From NCBI GenBank assembly GCA_964016885.1, contig OZ024742.1:193564001-193628000 (forward strand): DNA of 64,000 bases, given 5' to 3'. Positions 58,969 to 64,000 of the stretch are shown here, in pieces. The position numbers and the translations under genes were made by a program. Below the pieces are notes generated by a model. That model had not been told where the DNA came from. It did not search any database and saw nothing but the letters and a program-made list of their open reading frames with translations. Origin of the DNA: Eledone cirrhosa (lineage: Eukaryota). Position 1 is the stretch's first letter; each line of letters begins with the position of its first letter.

Positions 58969-58971
<3 letters not shown>

Positions 58972-59826
58972 AACCAGTAAGACCCCGACAGCTGAGCTCA
59001 AGCCGTTTCGACGGCTAATTCTGGACTAAATGAAAATTTATCCTGGTATTTAAATAGCCGATCTTCTCAAGGGGTAATTCCATATATGGTCAAAGTGATT
59101 GTCAAAAATCAGTAGTAATTCTGTGGTTGCAAATTAGTAGGGGAGATGGTGGCTAAACCTGCCAGTAGGAGAATGAGGGGAGGGGGTGGAGTAGCCTCAA
59201 TCAAGCGTTTGTAGTGCCAGCTACAGCTGGGCATGAGGTCAAAGAAGATACAGGGGAAGGGGAGGGGGAGGAAGTCGGAACGGTAGGTAGAACAATGGGG
59301 GGTAGAAATATATAGGAAAGAAAAAATACTGAGAGTGAAGATAAGCAAATAAGTGTAAAGAAAAACAAATGAGTGTAAAGAAAAAAGTAAAGTAAATTAA
59401 ATTCTACGACCTAGGTCTCTAGCTATTGTTAGTCTAGAATAAATAAATAAATAAAGAAAGAAAGAAGTAAAGAAAGAAATAAAGAAATAACGAAATAAGT
59501 AAAAGAACTAGGTGGGACGAAATAGGCGAGGACCCTTTTAAGAGGTATAAGTACGTAAATGATACGGTGACGGGTCAACAAAAGGGGCCAAAATACTAAA
59601 GAGACTACCACGAAATAAACAATAAAGGTTTCCATCCCGGGCACAATTCCAGCAACCACCCAGTGCAGCAAAGTGAACTAATACGAGATAATAATTCTGA
59701 GTCCCGAGAAAAATATATACTAATGCTAACTCTAAAAGATCTAAAACAAGCTACATGAAAGTTCGTACGAAGTAAAGGTAGAATACGGAAGAATGGTCCA
59801 CCTGGTTCCTTACCACATTTCCTTCG

Positions 59827-59828
<2 letters not shown>
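58969..59828 (-). mobile_element. PLE family B 3' non-coding fragment with short inverted tail (59793-59828)
   Basis: Highly similar to 12296-13087; tail matches 10594-10629; (TA)n both sides. Confidence 0.9.
58983..59074 (-). ncRNA. Type I hammerhead with U3-A8 core (family B)
   Basis: cccc-TTGAGAA-gatcggcta...tagccgtc-GAAA-cggct(tgagctc)agctg-TC-gggg. Confidence 0.75.
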
Positions 59829-59895
<67 letters not shown>

Positions 59896-60133
59896 AAGCT
59901 GAAATTTCATATTAACGTTTTTTATTGATTATCGACCAGTTACGTACATTTCACAGTTAATTGGCTCAATCTCCATATTTGTGTTATAGACCTGTCTCCG
60001 CCACCAGTCTGCTCATCAAACTTCTTAATTAGGCTAAGAAGAATATTTTATATGTGGGCAACCAGTATCACATGAAATATATACATACCGGCACGTATTT
60101 GGTTTGACATGGCGTGCCAGCGCACGTGAGAGC

Positions 60134-60254
<121 letters not shown>

Positions 60255-61977
60255 GTGTGTGTGTGTATATATATATATGAAAATAAATGAGATATCGTTG
60301 AAGATTATTTAACGCCTGGTTACGAGTAATCTGTATTGTAGAATATTTCAACGTGCAGTTTTAGGTGATTCAACCGCATATTCGCACTACTAGTCTGCGA
60401 ATATTCGTAGTACTCATGTAACTATATTGCTAGTATTTCTAGGGGTATTTTTTATTTCAATCCGTTCATTTCTATTATGTTATCCAAACCAATCACTTTT
60501 CCATTTCACAAAAAAATTATAGCGAAGCACCAATATTCCGGAAATGATATGCTATACCCCTTTCCTAGAATCGAAGACATAATTTCGGTGATGGATAACA
60601 TACATTGCTACGAAATTTATGTTTGTTAAAAAAAGTATATTGACATTGATTTGAACCTGTAATAGTTGAATTAAATAGTTGAATTAAATGTATCACTGCA
60701 ATAGTTGAATTGCAGTGATTCAATCATTCTAAATTTATCTCACAGCCGAAGCATTAATATAGTAAGTATTATATTGCTACTTGACGAAATCAGTGTTATG
60801 TCAAACTATAGTTGTTATTTCAGAAAATAATGATATACTATGGGCCTATGTTGAGCCATCACATTTTCCCCATTTATATAGATATGAGAATGATGTAAAC
60901 ATATTTGAAATGCCCCTGCAGTTACTTTCTTGTCTGTAGCTAACGTCGCTAATGATTGCTATAATCCTCTTCGAAGGTGGCAGTTTAAAAATGCTTGTCT
61001 TCTTTCAACAGATAATTAACAATGAGATATGTAAATATAATTTCTCCTTTCTTGTTCTGTGTTCAAAGACATTTTTCCCTTGTTCCTTTATCAGGATTAA
61101 AAAATATTGTAGTAATATCTACATTAGATATTTCTCTTTTATGCATATATATTGTTTTTAACTGACTGCGTCTCTTACCTTCTCCTCCAAATTTAGACGT
61201 GTATATATGTACGATAAACCAATAAAATAGTTAAAACTACTCTGTGCTTATATCCAATTCAATTTTATGTTCATATTTATGCAAAATGCAAAAGACATAT
61301 ACTGACGTCTTCTCCGTTCTTCTATGCATTATGAAACTATAAAATTCTCTCTATATAATTATCTACTGTAAAATTATCTATATCCATCTATGTAGCTTTC
61401 TATTGTAAAATAATCTCTATTCATCTGTCCAGCTATCTGTTGTAAATTATCCAAACCCATCTATACAGTCTTACGTTTTTGGTATAGCTCGCCTAATATC
61501 CTAATTATTTCTCTGATGCAAGTTTCTATTGTTTTAATCATTCCTTATCTATTATGTCTGTATTCCAACCCACACAGAATTTAAAAAAAATGGAAACTCA
61601 GCAAAAGCTATATTGAAAAGAGGAAAATACAATGTAAGCTTAACAAGCATACCTTAGAAAAAACCTATTTACGTATAAAGCGTAAGAAAACTTCATTAAC
61701 ATTGTGCTTTATTGTGGTAAAAAATAGACAAACAGACGCATTGCGTATGTTACATATTTCGTAGAAACAGTAATGAAGTAATCAGATGGGAAATTGACTG
61801 AATACTGCAAACCAATACAATATATTTTAGGCTTCAATAACATATTAGTTAATTGTAAAAACGGGTTAATAATGTGTCTGACACTACTTTCAGAAATGTT
61901 TCAGTACTATATTATTCCCAGATATTTAAAGTTAATTCTCACGTCATTATCAGTTGCTTGTCTATCCTTTGAGATAT

Positions 61978-62168
61978 AATTGTTTCTACTGTTGGCACAA
62001 GGCCAGCAATTATCCCAGTGTATTACTGGTACATTATTTTATCGACCCCGTAAGGATGAAAAGCAAAGTTAACCTCGGCGGGATTTGAACTCAGATCATA
62101 AAGGGCAGCAACTCTATGTTGCAAAGCATGGCGTCCGACCCTCTACCGAAACTGCCAATCCACCGTCC
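61978..62168 (-). mobile_element. Nin/Deu-like SINE
   Basis: Same family as 50080-50275. Confidence 0.85.
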
Positions 62169-62180
62169 TAAACACCACCC

Positions 62181-62217
<37 letters not shown>

Positions 62218-62515
62218 CTGCCCATTCGACACGAGAGTGCAAGAGAAGGAGAGGGAGAAAATTAACCGATACCAGGACTTAAAGTGGGAGGTAAAAAGGA
62301 TTTGGAACTGCCATGAAGTCAAAATGGTCCCGATTGTCATAGGCGCACTAGGTACTATCTCAAAAAGTTTCCAGGGTTGGTTAAAGAAAATTGGCCCCGT
62401 CATGCTTTTTGGAATGCTTCAAAAGGCATGCTTGCTGGGAACAGCAAGAACCCTCCGATACGTCCTGAATATCTGAGGCTGCAGTTAACTAACATCAATG
62501 ACTGAGACTCAAAGA
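62218..62515 (+). mobile_element. R4/Dong-like non-LTR 3' fragment flanked by (AAT)n
   Basis: CPFD..EKINRYQDL..VPIVIGALG..LQKACLLGTARTLR; (aat)n at 62181-62216 and 62517-62556. Confidence 0.88.
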
Positions 62516-62523
62516 ACAATAAC

Positions 62524-62555
<32 letters not shown>

Positions 62556-62557
<2 letters not shown>

Positions 62558-62920
62558 GTTTCTGATTTAAGCACAAGGACAACAATTTTGGAGGAGGGGA
62601 AAGTCGATTAAATCGACCCCAATACATTCCTGGTACTCCATTTTTAAAATACCCCGTTGGGGTCAAAGGAAAAGCTCACCTCGGCAGGATTTGAACTCAG
62701 AACGTAATAAGGTGAACAAATACCTCTAAGTATTTGTACAACGTTCTACTGATTCTGCCAAACCCCGCCCTAATAATGGTTTCGGATATAGGCACAAGGC
62801 CAGCAATATGGGGGGGGGGAGTCGATTAAATCGACTCTTTTATGTAAATGGTGCTTTATTTTATCGATTTCTAATTAAGGAAAGGTAAAATTTGAATATA
62901 CAACCCAGGATTTGAATATA
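62556..62920 (-). mobile_element. Two tandem Nin/Deu-like SINE copies (second decayed)
   Basis: gcacaagg..gtcgattaaatcgac..actggtac-like..ggatttgaa pattern twice. Confidence 0.75.
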
Positions 62921-63039
62921 CAACCCAGAACAAATGTTTGATAATAATAACAATGATAATTTTCTAAAAAGTAAAAGCTCCTTCAAATTAGATTCTGCGT
63001 TTCTTGGTAAAAAGCGAATGTTCTTCGAGGGCCCCTGTT

Positions 63040-63231
63040 TAATTATTGACTTTAGCATCGGTAGATGGTCGGACACCATGCTTTGCAGCATAAAGTTATG
63101 GCTCTTTTCCTGCTGTGTTCAAATCTCGCCGAAGTTAATTTTGCCTTTTATCCTTATGGAATCGATAAAATAAAGTACCAGTAACACACTGGGTAATTGC
63201 TGGCCTTGTGCCAACAGTAGAAACAATTATT
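63040..63231 (+). mobile_element. Nin/Deu-like SINE
   Basis: gttcaaatctcgccgaagttaattttgccttttatcc..tcgataaaataaagtaccag..ggccttgtgccaacagtagaaacaattat. Confidence 0.85.
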
Positions 63232-63334
63232 CTAGGTAATGCTCTAACATGATTTATAAAGATAAAGGAAAGAGAAACATGATCATATATATATTAATCT
63301 TTCACACAGGATATTGTGTTAACTTAAAGTTGCT

Positions 63335-63418
63335 TTCAGTCGGAGATATGAACCCCGAGGGCGGCAAGATACGGACAGCCTCAAACACACATATACCCTA
63401 AACCGAATGGCTACGGTA
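63335..63418 (-). other. tRNA-like (SINE head or tRNA pseudogene)
   Basis: Minus: box A-like tagccattcggtttag, box B-like ggttcatatc; no clean cloverleaf. Confidence 0.35.
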
Positions 63419-63609
63419 AATTTATACCAAATCGAGGTTGACATCCTTCCCGCCATTTTATTGCATTATATATCGGATAGTGAAAGCAAACTATAAATTC
63501 CAACCCTATAGTTGCACTTCACTTTATTCCCGTCAATGAGAGTGTATATGCGCATCTTGTTAGACTGTTTCATAAAACCACATCAGTTGAATCTGACGTA
63601 CATGTATTC

Positions 63610-63645
<36 letters not shown>

Positions 63646-63830
63646 AAAAGGTAAACAGAAATAACAACACAATCGGTAGAGTATATGGAAGGAATATATT
63701 AGGTTAACGCTTGAAATAGCAGGAAGAGGGTCTTAACGTTTTGGATAGATTGTAGGGACGAGCGGTGTGAAATTTGAAAAAAAATGTTTTTAGAGGAAAG
63801 TAAGAGGTCCATTCATGTTGGCATCTCTTG

Positions 63831-63885
<55 letters not shown>

Positions 63886-63888
<3 letters not shown>

Positions 63889-64000
63889 TTAATATAGATG
63901 AGATTCTACAGGACTAGAACTGTTTCATTCTCTAGAAATCATCATTCCTAAAGAATGAAACAGTTCTAGTCCTGTAGAATCTCATCTGTATTAAAACTGT
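63886..64000. repeat. Fold-back HHR-bearing pLTR end (relative of 28646-28775)
   Basis: gattctacaggactagaactgtttcattc / gaatgaaacagttctagtcctgtagaatc; minus arm stops at TGATGA (63939-63944). Confidence 0.8.

Overview
Very AT-rich, repeat-saturated eukaryotic DNA with no recognisable host exon. The tRNA/CORE-like and Nin(Deu)-domain SINEs plus dense (TA)n/(GT)n/(GA)n microsatellites suggest an octopod cephalopod intron or intergenic region (inference). Nearly all real coding sequence is retroelement: several families of Penelope-like elements (PLE; RT followed by C-terminal GIY-YIG with a Neptune-type CxC..CPL..C linker, one near full-length partial-tandem copy at 16080-23780), an uninterrupted CR1-like LINE ORF2 (23987-27160), RTE, Tx1/L1-like and R4/Dong-like fragments. 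Most ORF-track entries ([12 protein letters not shown]) are microsatellite artefacts. The main hidden signal, read by eye, is a dense set of about 25 type I hammerhead ribozyme (HHR) motifs from roughly ten unrelated sequence families, almost all in short inserts and fold-back palindromes sitting in (TA)n tracts. They share palindromic helix III, several carry a compensatory U3-A8 core or a very long helix II, and two lie in non-coding, terminally redundant 521-bp and 313-bp monomers that look like retrozyme/circular-RNA-derived units mobilised by PLEs. All folds and alignments were done by hand; none of the ribozymes is experimentally verified.
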